Sequence record: NC_054910.1
Direction: 5' to 3' (one strand)
From: Escherichia phage EcNP1
Length of the DNA stretch: 64,000 nucleotides
Both the position numbers and the translations under genes were made by a program. The notes below the pieces were generated by a model that was given only the letters and a program-made list of their open reading frames with translations, was not told where the DNA came from and searched no databases. Positions 48,173 through 57,679 of this stretch are shown piece after piece. Each line of letters opens with the position of its first letter. The first letter of the stretch is position 1.

Positions 48173-48199
48173 AAAAAGCCCCAACCTTTCGGTCGGGGC
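48173..48199 (-). terminator. Rho-independent terminator, GNRA tetraloop (repeat copy 2)
   Basis: Identical to the hairpin at 47616-47642; ends the tRNA/stable RNA transcription unit. Confidence 0.75.
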
Positions 48200-48251
48200 T
48201 AAGCCTTGCGGCAACCTTGTCGGGGTTCCACCTGCTAAGGCAAGTGTTTGT

Positions 48252-48343
48252 ACGAAACGCCGGGATTTGAACCCGGTTATTAAGCAGTTGACGCTACTCA
48301 ATATTTTTAAAAGGCCATATCTCGACCATATCCGAACGTTCCG
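48252..48343 (-). ncRNA. tRNA-like stable RNA candidate
   Basis: Perfect T-arm CCGGG-UUCAAAU-CCCGG and a 7-bp acceptor-like stem with one G-U pair; no clean anticodon arm; no ORF >=60 aa in 48203-48511. Confidence 0.3.
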
Positions 48344-48511
48344 TCAAAAACGCTACTCGGCTTACGGCAAAGATATTTCCTCGAATCGATAATTCGGTGC
48401 GCCGTTTCTGCTGTGATGTAAGAGGGCATCAACAAATCATAAAGATTTATTAACGCAATTCCTTACCCAGGGAACATCAGTCCGACGACTTACCGGTAGC
48501 GACCCGGTTTC

Positions 48512-48862
48512 TTAATATTCTTTTAAAGCATCAATTTGTTCACGGCGTTTACGCCATAAATCAATTGCTTCATACGCAGATTCAGCATTTCGAATTGGAC
48601 GGCATTTATATAAAGACTTGTGATTTTGATATTGTGTAGATAACGGAATTTTATCTAAAAGGTCTTTACGTTCAAAATATTCGTAACCATCTAAACCAAA
48701 TGAACGATTTTTGAGAAATTGCCAATGACCATATTCGTTTTCGACATAAACATAATCTGCATGCTGATAAAGTAAATTAATTACACGTTCAGAAATAACA
48801 GTGTCATTATGATTAAAATAGAATGTTAAATCATGAACTACTAAATAAACATTACCTTTCAT
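48512..48862 (-). CDS. Hypothetical protein
   Basis: ORF track 116 aa; RBS GAGGAAAAT. Confidence 0.65.
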   Translation of the reverse strand: MKGNVYLVVHDLTFYFNHNDTVISERVINLLYQHADYVYVENEYGHWQFLKNRSFGLDGYEYFERKDLLDKIPLSTQYQNHKSLYKCRPIRNAESAYEAIDLWRKRREQIDALKEY

Positions 48863-48878
48863 ATTTTCCTCACTTAAT

Positions 48879-48954
48879 TGGTCGAGGCAGTAGGGATCGA
48901 ACCTACGACCTAGGACTTAGAAGGTCCTTGCTCTTCCTTCTGAGCTATGCCTCG
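48879..48954 (-). tRNA. tRNA-Arg (anticodon UCU)
   Basis: Manual fold: acceptor CGAGGCA/UGCCUCG, T-arm GGTTCGATCC, anticodon loop CUUCUAA, encoded CCA. Confidence 0.85.
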
Positions 48955-48958
48955 GATT

Positions 48959-49033
48959 TGGCGGACGTGATAGGATTCGAACCTATAACCAATCGCTTAA
49001 CAGGCGATCGCTCTGCCATTGAGCTACACATCC
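48959..49033 (-). tRNA. tRNA-Asn (anticodon GUU)
   Basis: Manual fold: acceptor GGAUGUG/CACGUCC with G-U, anticodon stem AUCGC/GCGAU, loop CUGUUAA. Confidence 0.8.
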
Positions 49034-49037
49034 AAAT

Positions 49038-49124
49038 TGGTGGGGAGTGATGGAGTCGAACCACCCGAGTCGCAATGACAATGGATTTACAGTCCACACC
49101 GCTACCTCTACGGAATAACTCCCC
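49038..49124 (-). tRNA. tRNA-Tyr (anticodon GUA), long variable arm
   Basis: Manual fold: 87 nt, acceptor GGGGAGU/ACUCCCC, anticodon loop CUGUAAA. Confidence 0.8.
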
Positions 49125-49133
49125 AAATTAATT

Positions 49134-49208
49134 TGGTGGCCCTGGGTGGAATTGAACCACCATCTGGCGATTATGAGTCGCTTGCTTGAACCTTCCAGCT
49201 ACAGGGCC
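49134..49208 (-). tRNA. tRNA with anticodon CAU (Ile2-type or Met)
   Basis: Manual fold: acceptor GGCCCUG/CAGGGCC, perfect T-arm, anticodon loop CUCAUAA; occupies the T4 tRNA-Ile position. Confidence 0.75.
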
Positions 49209-49209
49209 T

Positions 49210-49285
49210 TGGTGCTGATTGACGGAATCGAACCGCCGACCTTCTCATTACAAGTGAGTTGCTCTACCTACTGAGCTAAATCAGC
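49210..49285 (-). tRNA. tRNA-Thr (anticodon UGU)
   Basis: Manual fold: acceptor GCUGAUU/AAUCAGC, anticodon loop CUUGUAA. Confidence 0.85.
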
Positions 49286-49290
49286 AAAAC

Positions 49291-49380
49291 TGGCGGAGGC
49301 GATAGGATTCGAACCTATGAGTCGCCGGAGCGACTGCCGGTTTTCAAGACCGGTGCATTAAACCACTCTGCCACGCCTCC
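49291..49380 (-). tRNA. tRNA-Ser (anticodon UGA), long variable arm
   Basis: Manual fold: 90 nt, acceptor GGAGGCG/CGCCUCC, anticodon stem CCGGU/ACCGG, loop CUUGAAA. Confidence 0.85.
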
Positions 49381-49382
49381 AG

Positions 49383-49456
49383 TCTCCATACAAGGATTTG
49401 AACCTTGGACCTCCTGATCCCAAATCAGGCGCTCTACCAAACTGAGCTACACGGAG
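49383..49456 (-). tRNA. tRNA-Pro (anticodon UGG)
   Basis: Manual fold: acceptor with two G-U pairs, anticodon loop UUUGGGA, CCA not encoded. Confidence 0.8.
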
Positions 49457-49466
49457 TAAATTAAAT

Positions 49467-49540
<74 letters not shown>

Positions 49541-49545
49541 AAATT

Positions 49546-49632
49546 TGGTGCGAGAAGTGGGACTCGAACCCACAAGGAAATCATTCCGCAGCATTTTAAG
49601 TGCTGTGCCTTTACCAATTTGACCATTCTCGC
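49546..49632 (-). tRNA. tRNA-Leu (anticodon UAA), long variable arm
   Basis: Manual fold: 87 nt, acceptor GCGAGAA/UUCUCGC, anticodon loop CUUAAAA. Confidence 0.85.
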
Positions 49633-49633
49633 G

Positions 49634-49706
49634 CTGGGAATAAAGGACTCGAACCTTTGCATCCTGGAATCAAAATCCAGTGCCTTACCAACTTGGCTAA
49701 TTCCCA
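49634..49706 (-). tRNA. tRNA-Gln (anticodon UUG)
   Basis: Manual fold: acceptor UGGGAAU/AUUCCCA, anticodon loop UUUUGAU. Confidence 0.85.
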
Positions 49707-49803
49707 ATTATTAACAAAGGCTCTCAAACAAGAACCCTTGATGATAGAGGGTATTAATCAGTGCGGTATGAGTTAATAATAACAAATAATTCTTAAAGCA
49801 TAT

Positions 49804-50091
49804 TTACCATTTATGATAATACATATTTACGATGCAGTCAAGACCTAAAGGATTCTTGAAAATATCATATTCAAGAGGACCTTTTTCCGTTTCAATAAAG
49901 AAATCAAAGTTAACTGTGTTAAATTTACGGTCTTCCTTCACTAATTTAACTTGAGAAGATGAACGGTCAATGTAAACCTTTTCAACTTCAAAATATGTTA
50001 AAATGCCGTAATCATCAATCAAGGCTTTAGCTGCTTCTTGATCATATTTATATCCATTTTCAATGGATGATACTTTCGCATAAAGAATCAC
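49804..50091 (-). CDS. Hypothetical protein
   Basis: ORF track 95 aa. Confidence 0.62.
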   Translation of the reverse strand: MILYAKVSSIENGYKYDQEAAKALIDDYGILTYFEVEKVYIDRSSSQVKLVKEDRKFNTVNFDFFIETEKGPLEYDIFKNPLGLDCIVNMYYHKW

Positions 50092-50093
50092 TA

Positions 50094-50504
50094 TTAACCT
50101 CTATCAACAATAGCATGAGTATGAGCATTTACGATTTGCCACCAGTCGAAACGATTGGAACCATACTCTGGTTTATTTTCATTTTCTTTAATGATATCAC
50201 GCAGTTTATCTTCTGTTTCAGCATACGCAATCAAATCATCATATCCACCACAAGGATAGTAATTATCGCCTGCGAACAAAAGAAAATTTACTTTAGATGG
50301 GTCTACATAATAATGCTCTTTAGGATATTTAGTTCCTTTCCAATCAGTTACTTCAACATAACGGTAAGAAAATCCATTTTTACTTTCAACCCAACTCCAC
50401 GCTTCAAAAGGAGTATTAAAAACTCTATCAGGTATTAAATTACCTTCAAAATGAGAAGGATTTGCATAATCCCCAGCATAAACATAATATTCGTTAATAT
50501 TCAT
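50094..50504 (-). CDS. Hypothetical protein
   Basis: ORF track 136 aa. Confidence 0.68.
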   Translation of the reverse strand: MNINEYYVYAGDYANPSHFEGNLIPDRVFNTPFEAWSWVESKNGFSYRYVEVTDWKGTKYPKEHYYVDPSKVNFLLFAGDNYYPCGGYDDLIAYAETEDKLRDIIKENENKPEYGSNRFDWWQIVNAHTHAIVDRG

Positions 50505-50690
50505 TTATTCACCTTTAGAAATTTTATCCATAACGATAGCAATTAAACCAATTAAAAATGCTACTACAAGTGAAAACACATTTTCTGCTGTAGTTAATAA
50601 TCCGCATATAAATCCAACAAACATTGAAAAACTAAAAGCGGAAGCAGAAATTGCAATAGCAACATTTCGAATTAATTCACAGCGTTTCAT
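50505..50690 (-). CDS. Small membrane protein
   Basis: ORF track 61 aa, hydrophobic. Confidence 0.55.
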   Translation of the reverse strand: MKRCELIRNVAIAISASAFSFSMFVGFICGLLTTAENVFSLVVAFLIGLIAIVMDKISKGE

Positions 50691-50711
50691 TTTATTCTCC
50701 TCAGTAGTTGA

Positions 50712-50750
50712 TAGGGTAATAGTATCACAACTAAAACCCTATGTAAACAA
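50712..50750 (-). promoter_or_regulatory. T4-type early promoter
   Basis: Plus gggtaatagtatca...tgtaaacaactttgtgaaa (50742-50748). Confidence 0.7.
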
Positions 50751-50766
50751 CTTTGTGAAATATTTA

Positions 50767-51054
50767 TTACAAAAGATTTTTAGCAATAATCTTGAGATGT
50801 GCCGCAGAAATGTGTTTAGCTTTAAACAACGCAGTTTCTTCAGCAGGAGAGATAATGATTGTAGCACCATCCTTTTTAGCAGACCACCCATCACCTAGGT
50901 AAACAGTACCTTTGATTTCTTCGCCATCAACCAAACTAATCATTGGTTTACCTTCTCGTCCTTTATTTGCTTTAATAACTTCAGAAGTAAGAGTAGCTTC
51001 AGTAATAGTAGAAACCGGGGTAGTTGTAGAAGTAAATTCTTTGAAAGTTTTCAT
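50767..51054 (-). CDS. ipI: Internal protein I-like (CTS-like N-terminus MKTFKEF)
   Basis: 95 aa, same length and position as T4 ipI next to 57B. Confidence 0.78.
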   Translation of the reverse strand: MKTFKEFTSTTTPVSTITEATLTSEVIKANKGREGKPMISLVDGEEIKGTVYLGDGWSAKKDGATIIISPAEETALFKAKHISAAHLKIIAKNLL

Positions 51055-51077
51055 TTTATTTTCCTAATTAATTTTGA

Positions 51078-51116
51078 TGAGATAATAGTATCACTACCTC
51101 ATCAGCGTGTAAACAA
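51078..51116 (-). promoter_or_regulatory. T4-type early promoter
   Basis: Plus gataatagtatca...tgtaaacaactttgtgaaa (51108-51114). Confidence 0.7.
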
Positions 51117-51126
51117 CTTTGTGAAA

Positions 51127-51811
<685 letters not shown>

Positions 51812-51812
<1 letters not shown>

Positions 51813-52537
51813 TATAGTACCTTTAGTGTATTTTTAATTTTAGAAAAAAGTTCTTCAAGAGAACCATCGTTTGTAATTACTAAATCGCCATTACGAATTG
51901 GCAATCCAGCTTCTGTAATATGTGTATCATTGGATTTTTGACCAGGACGAACTACATGAATTACTGTAGCACCCATCGCCCTAGCCGCATCCATTTCATG
52001 GTCTTGACGAGTATCAGGAACGATATAATAATCATAACCTGAGTTAAATTTATCAAGATAATCTAAAGCAAATAATTTTACCCAATACATGCGGTCGAAG
52101 TTATTAACAATCAAATCCGTACCTAGGGCTTGCATCAGACGACGGACTGACCATTGATCTTCAATATTATTTATAACGTCAGCAATCTTATTAAATGCTA
52201 CGAAAGTAACTGATTCTTTTCCTTCGTCATCAAAAACAAACACACCTTTAATTGGGCTTTTACTATTAAGATAGCAAAATGCTTGTTCCATAATCGTAAT
52301 TACTTCTAATTTAGTCAGATTTAAATTAGTCTCACGATCATAGTCAATTCCTTCAAACTCTTTACGAGTTAAACAAGGATAGTCAGTGTTTGCTGCAAAT
52401 ACACCCCATGCATAAGCCAATGCATCTTTAATAGGACCAGCAAGTTGATATTTAACTGCAGAATAATTATTCATGATAAAATCTGCAGTAGTATCTTTTC
52501 CACTACGCTTTACACCACTTAAAAAGATTAGTTTCAT
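51812..52537 (-). CDS. 1: dNMP kinase
   Basis: 241 aa; P-loop GVKRSGKDT; T4 gp1 position. Confidence 0.93.
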
Positions 52538-52586
52538 ATGTTTCTCCTCAAATTTAGTTAAGATTATAACACATGAAACTGAAGCA

Positions 52587-53117
52587 TTAAACTTCTGCTA
52601 TAATTTTGCCATCTTTTTCTACTTGAAAATACGTATAAGGAATCGTTGCTGTACATACTAAAGCTGGGTCTGAATCTTCAGTGTAGCTAAATTCTACTTC
52701 AGACAGGTCAGAAACCCAAGGCTTATAAAAATTTATTGACATCACGATTTCAGTTTTACTATTATCTAAAATGTAAAGCGTAATGTATTCAGGACCTGTT
52801 TTTTGGGCAGTATTTTCACCTGTAAGATAGTTACTAGTTCCTAGCATCCATTCATACATTCCTATCCACGACTTAAGCTCTTCATCAACTATAAATCTCA
52901 CGATGAGTGGGTCATACTCAAATGTAACTCCTGGACGCTGTGCTCGGCCTAGTCCAAACGGCCCAGTCACGGTATCAGTAACAGGTATTCTAATTCCTGG
53001 AATAGGAACTGACTGAGCATTTAAAGTAAAAGCAGATGTAGTATTACTATGCGGTATTGATACTACAAAGTTAGTTGTATTTGCTTGGTTAAAAATTTGT
53101 TGTAGTGCTTGCGACAT
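52587..53117 (-). CDS. 3: Tail completion / sheath stabilizer gp3
   Basis: Start MSQALQQIFNQ (ATG 53115-53117, RBS GAGGAA), 176 aa as T4 gp3. Confidence 0.85.
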   Translation of the reverse strand: MSQALQQIFNQANTTNFVVSIPHSNTTSAFTLNAQSVPIPGIRIPVTDTVTGPFGLGRAQRPGVTFEYDPLIVRFIVDEELKSWIGMYEWMLGTSNYLTGENTAQKTGPEYITLYILDNSKTEIVMSINFYKPWVSDLSEVEFSYTEDSDPALVCTATIPYTYFQVEKDGKIIAEV

Positions 53118-53223
53118 ATATTCCTCATAATGCTTTATAAGTGTTGGTGGTATAATGGGTCTAAGTCCCTTCCATTCAATTCCAATTAGAACAAACAATA
53201 GAAAAGAATGGAAGATAATAGAA

Positions 53224-54048
53224 TTAGATATTTGACCAGACTTTGTTTGCAGAGAAACGTTTTCCTTTTGAAACGAACTGCTGAAGTGGCATTAATACAA
53301 CGTTCGCCCAGTCTTTCGGGGCGATTTCAACTAGGCTACCCATAATATTACCAGGTATATATGCCTTAATCATTTGGTCTGCACCCCTAAATCCTTTCAC
53401 TTGACTCCAATCAATTTTTAATTTCGTTTTATTAGTAATAGTAGGTGTATTTGCATATTGCTTTAAAAGCTCTTCTAGAAATTGCTGACGAGCTTTAGGT
53501 GGAATATAGTGCAAGTTCAATCCATACATTAAATTATGTTTACCTAAACCGAGGTAAATTATCAAAGGAAATTTATCCCAATAAGGAAGAGTTTCTTTGT
53601 GTTTAGCATCATAAGCAAAAGCATATATTCGTCCCGGCTGCGGTCGAACAACTTTATGTCCTTTTACTTGCTTAATAGTTTCAGCAAACCACTTTCTGGT
53701 TTTATTATTAATTGCTGCACCTTCATTACGAATTTTATCACGCAACGTTTGCCTGAATGAATTTATCATAAGCAGTTGTCTTTCTTGCTTATTGAGTTTA
53801 TTCATTGGTTTTGATTCAAGCTTTTGAATCTTTTCAGCCGTTTTAATTCCTGAAGCATATTTTGACATTGCCGAAGTAAACGTAGAGTATTTGATTCCTC
53901 TTTCTTCAGCAAATTGCTTTCCTGTCATTCCTTTTGCTTTGGCCTTTTTGTATTCAAGACCTATCTGAATCCATTTCTTTTCGTTTAATGATTGCTTAAC
54001 CTTTGGAACTTGGGGAGTGCTTTCATTAATTATTTGAAAAATAGCCAT
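53224..54048 (-). CDS. 2: DNA end protector protein gp2
   Basis: 274 aa, T4 gp2 size and position. Confidence 0.92.
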
Positions 54049-54500
54049 TATGCCCCCTTAAAGCCAAGAGCTCGTAATCCATCTTCTGTTAAAATTCTAA
54101 ATTTTATTCCACGCTTTTCAGCTAAAGATTGCGCTGCTTTCCATTTGTCAGTATTAACTGAATATGTATAAATTTCATTCATAAATCTTTTCTTCGCTGC
54201 AGTTGTTAGATGTGCTGGTTTAACTGGTGGTTGTGTTTCTTTTTTAGGTTTTATTTCAATAAAAAATTCTTGTCCAGAAGAATCTTTCATCCAAATATCC
54301 ATGAAGTATCTACGTTTTTTCCCTTCTGCATTACAAAAATAAGGAATTACTGCCGTTTCACTACCCCATGCAATAATTTCTGGATTTTTATCTAACCATT
54401 CAAAAAAGAATTTTTCCCAATTTGATCTATACGTAATTTTTTTAGGGTCACCTCTATATTTTGATATATTTTTAGGAACCCATTTTCCAGAATATGCCAT
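54048..54500 (-). CDS. 4: Head completion protein gp4
   Basis: 150 aa, T4 gp4 size and position; late promoter upstream. Confidence 0.92.
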
Positions 54501-54511
54501 TGGATTCTCCT

Positions 54512-54519
54512 TATAAATA
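54512..54519 (+). promoter_or_regulatory. Late promoter TATAAATA for gene 53
   Basis: tataaata about 29 nt upstream of gene 53 ATG; RBS caggaggg. Confidence 0.75.
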
Positions 54520-54526
54520 GATAATA

Positions 54527-54534
54527 TATTTATA
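54527..54534 (-). promoter_or_regulatory. Late promoter TATAAATA for gene 4, divergent from P53
   Basis: Plus tatttata, 27 nt upstream of gene 4 ATG on minus strand. Confidence 0.7.
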
Positions 54535-54547
54535 AACAGGAGGGCCC

Positions 54548-55138
54548 ATGCTCTTTACATTTTTTGATCCGATTGAATATGCGGCCAAAACGGTGAATAA
54601 AAACGCGCCGACTATTCCTATGACAGATATTTTTAGAAACTATAAAGACTATTTCAAACGTGCTCTTGCGGGATACCGTTTACGTACTTATTATATTAAA
54701 GGTTCACCACGCCCGGAAGAATTAGCAAACGCTATATATGGAAATCCACAGTTGTATTGGGTTTTATTGATGTGTAATGATAATTATGATCCGTATTATG
54801 GATGGATTACTTCGCAAGAAGCTGCTTATCAAGCATCTATCCAAAAATACAAAAATGTAGGTGGAGACCAAATAGTATATCATGTGAATGAGAATGGTGA
54901 AAAATTTTATAATTTAATATCATACGATGATAATCCATATGTTTGGTATGACAAAGGCGATAAAGCTAGAAAATACCCTCAATATGAAGGAGCACTTGCT
55001 GCAGTCGATACGTATGAAGCTGCTGTTCTTGAAAATGAAAAACTTCGTCAAATAAAAATAATAGCAAAATCAGACATCAATTCATTTATGAACGACCTTA
55101 TACGTATAATGGAGAAATCTTATGGAAATGATAAGTAA
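54548..55138 (+). CDS. 53: Baseplate wedge protein gp53
   Basis: 196 aa, T4 gp53 size and position. Confidence 0.93.
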   Translation: MLFTFFDPIEYAAKTVNKNAPTIPMTDIFRNYKDYFKRALAGYRLRTYYIKGSPRPEELANAIYGNPQLYWVLLMCNDNYDPYYGWITSQEAAYQASIQKYKNVGGDQIVYHVNENGEKFYNLISYDDNPYVWYDKGDKARKYPQYEGALAAVDTYEAAVLENEKLRQIKIIAKSDINSFMNDLIRIMEKSYGNDK

Positions 55139-56849
55139 TAACCTTAATTGGTTTGTTGGTGTTGTTGAAGATAGAATGGACCCATTAAAATTAGGTCGTG
55201 TTCGTGTTCGTGTGGTTGGTCTGCATCCACCTCAAAGAGCGCAAGGCGACGTAATGGGTATTCCAACCGATAAATTACCATGGATGTCAGTTATTCAACC
55301 TATAACTTCTGCAGCAATGTCTGGAATTGGAGGCTCCGTTACTGGTCCAGTAGAAGGAACTAGAGTTTATGGTCATTTTTTAGACAAATGGAAAACTAAC
55401 GGAATTGTCCTTGGCACATATGGCGGAATAGTTCGTGAAAAACCTAATAGACTTGAAGGCTTTTCTGACCCAACTGGACAGTATCCTAGACGTCTAGGAA
55501 ATGATACTAACGTATTAAACCAAGGCGGAGAAGTAGGATATGATTCGTCTTCTAATATTATCCAAGATAGCAATCTAGATACTGCGATAAATCCTGATGA
55601 TAGACCGCTATCAGAAATTCCAACTGATGATAATCCAAATATGTCAATGGCTGAAATGCTTCGCCGCGATGAAGGATTAAGACTAAAAGTTTATTGGGAT
55701 ACTGAAGGATATCCGACAATTGGTATTGGTCATCTTATCATGAAGCAGCCAGTTCGTGATATGACTCAAATTAATAAAGTTTTATCAAAACAAGTTGGTC
55801 GTGAAATTACCGGAAATCCAGGTTCTATTACAATGGAAGAAGCGGTAACTTTATTTGAACGCGATTTGGCTGATATGCAACGTGACATTAAATCACATTC
55901 TAAAGTTGGCCCAGTTTGGCAAGCAGTTAATCGTTCCCGTCAAATGGCATTAGAAAATATGGCATTTCAGATGGGTGTTGGCGGTGTAGCTAAATTTAAC
56001 ACAATGTTAACAGCTATGTTAGCCGGAGATTGGGAAAAAGCATATAAAGCTGGTCGTGATTCATTGTGGTATCAACAAACAAAAGGCCGTGCATCCCGTG
56101 TTACCATGATTATTCTTACAGGGAATTTGGAATCATATGGTATTGAAGTGAAAACACCAGCTAGGTCTTTGTCAGCAATGGCTGCTACTGTAGCAAAGTC
56201 TTCTGATCCAGCTGACCCTCCTATTCCGAATGATTCGAGAATTTTATTTAAAGAACCTGTTTCTTCATATAAAGGTGAATATCCATATGTTCACACAATG
56301 GAAACTGAAAGCGGTCATATTCAGGAATTTGATGATACGCCTGGACAAGAACGATACAGATTAGTTCATCCGACTGGAACATATGAGGAAGTATCACCGT
56401 CAGGAAGAAGAACAAGAAAAACTGTTGATAATTTGTATGATATAACAAATGCTGACGGTAATTTTTTGGTAGCCGGCGATAAAAAGACTAACGTCGGTGG
56501 ATCAGAAATTTACTACAACATGGATAATCGTCTTCACCAAATAGATGGAAGCAACACAATATTTGTCCGTGGCGATGAAACTAAGACAGTTGAAGGTAAT
56601 GGAACTATCCTAGTTAAAGGTAATGTTACTATTGTAGTCGAAGGTAATGCTGACATTACAGTTAAAGGAGATGCTACCACTTTAGTTGAAGGAAATCAGA
56701 CTAATACAGTAAATGGAAATCTTTCTTGGAAAGTTGCTGGAACAGTTGATTGGGACGTTGGTGGTGATTGGACAGAAAAAATGGCATCTATGAGTTCTAT
56801 TTCATCTGGTCAATACACAATTGATGGATCGAGGATCGACATTGGCTAA
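55122..56849 (+). CDS. 5: Baseplate hub / tail lysozyme gp5
   Basis: 575 aa; lysozyme domain MAEMLRRDEGLRLKVYWDTEGYPTIGIGH; beta-helix VxG repeats. Confidence 0.96.
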   Translation: MEMISNNLNWFVGVVEDRMDPLKLGRVRVRVVGLHPPQRAQGDVMGIPTDKLPWMSVIQPITSAAMSGIGGSVTGPVEGTRVYGHFLDKWKTNGIVLGTYGGIVREKPNRLEGFSDPTGQYPRRLGNDTNVLNQGGEVGYDSSSNIIQDSNLDTAINPDDRPLSEIPTDDNPNMSMAEMLRRDEGLRLKVYWDTEGYPTIGIGHLIMKQPVRDMTQINKVLSKQVGREITGNPGSITMEEAVTLFERDLADMQRDIKSHSKVGPVWQAVNRSRQMALENMAFQMGVGGVAKFNTMLTAMLAGDWEKAYKAGRDSLWYQQTKGRASRVTMIILTGNLESYGIEVKTPARSLSAMAATVAKSSDPADPPIPNDSRILFKEPVSSYKGEYPYVHTMETESGHIQEFDDTPGQERYRLVHPTGTYEEVSPSGRRTRKTVDNLYDITNADGNFLVAGDKKTNVGGSEIYYNMDNRLHQIDGSNTIFVRGDETKTVEGNGTILVKGNVTIVVEGNADITVKGDATTLVEGNQTNTVNGNLSWKVAGTVDWDVGGDWTEKMASMSSISSGQYTIDGSRIDIG

Positions 56850-57378
56850 TATACTTCCAATGAGCGCTGATTTAGGAGAATCCATGGAAGGTTCTTCTAT
56901 TGACGTCACCTTTACCGCTCAATTAGAAACAGGTGAAACGTTAGTATCTATAAATATAACTAGTTACGAAGAAACTCCTGGGGTTTTAGTAGAAGAAAAT
57001 CGTTTATATGGAACGTATGAATCTGTGTTTGGATTTGGAAATGACGCACTAAAATATCGTTTAGATAATGAATTTAAAACTGCTGCTTCATGGGAAGACC
57101 TTCCAACTGATTCTAATACTCAGTTATATCTATGGAAAGCTCCTCAAAACCTCCAGAAGACATTCACTTACGAAGTAACATTAATATATGACTATCAAGA
57201 ACAAAGTGAATCTGGAGGTTCTGGTAGTAATTCTAGGTCATCTTCTGATACTACTGAACCAACGGATCCTCCTGCTCCAATAAGAAAAACTCTTGTTAAA
57301 AATTACACAAAAACTATAGTTGGAAATTGGAGTCGTTGGGCTAATAAATTAAGAAGCTACGTATATGAGAGGCAATAA
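56821..57378 (+). CDS. Hypothetical protein (T4 5.1 position)
   Basis: ORF track 185 aa. Confidence 0.7.
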   Translation: MMDRGSTLANILPMSADLGESMEGSSIDVTFTAQLETGETLVSINITSYEETPGVLVEENRLYGTYESVFGFGNDALKYRLDNEFKTAASWEDLPTDSNTQLYLWKAPQNLQKTFTYEVTLIYDYQEQSESGGSGSNSRSSSDTTEPTDPPAPIRKTLVKNYTKTIVGNWSRWANKLRSYVYERQ

Positions 57379-57671
57379 TGTCAGGATTAAGTTATGATAA
57401 GTGTGTTACTGCTGGTCATGAAGCGTGGCCTCCAACAGTTGTGAATGCTACACAAAGTAAAGTATTCACTGGAGGAATTGCTGTTCTCGTGGCAGGTGAT
57501 CCAATTACAGAACATACAGAAATTAAAAAGCCATATGAAACACATGGCGGAGTGGCACAACCTAGAACTTCTAAGGTATATGTCACTGGAAAGAAAGCTG
57601 TTCAAATGGCTGATCCAATATCATGCGGTGATACTGTGGCTCAGGCATCATCTAAAGTATTCATTAAATAG
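57378..57671 (+). CDS. 5.4: Spike tip protein gp5.4-like
   Basis: 97 aa, T4 gp5.4 size and position. Confidence 0.82.
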   Translation: MSGLSYDKCVTAGHEAWPPTVVNATQSKVFTGGIAVLVAGDPITEHTEIKKPYETHGGVAQPRTSKVYVTGKKAVQMADPISCGDTVAQASSKVFIK

Positions 57672-57679
57672 GATTTAAA

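Noticed and set aside
48252-48343. Canonical eleventh tRNA
   Set aside because: T-arm and acceptor stem are present but no convincing D-arm or anticodon arm could be folded; kept only as a tRNA-like ncRNA candidate.
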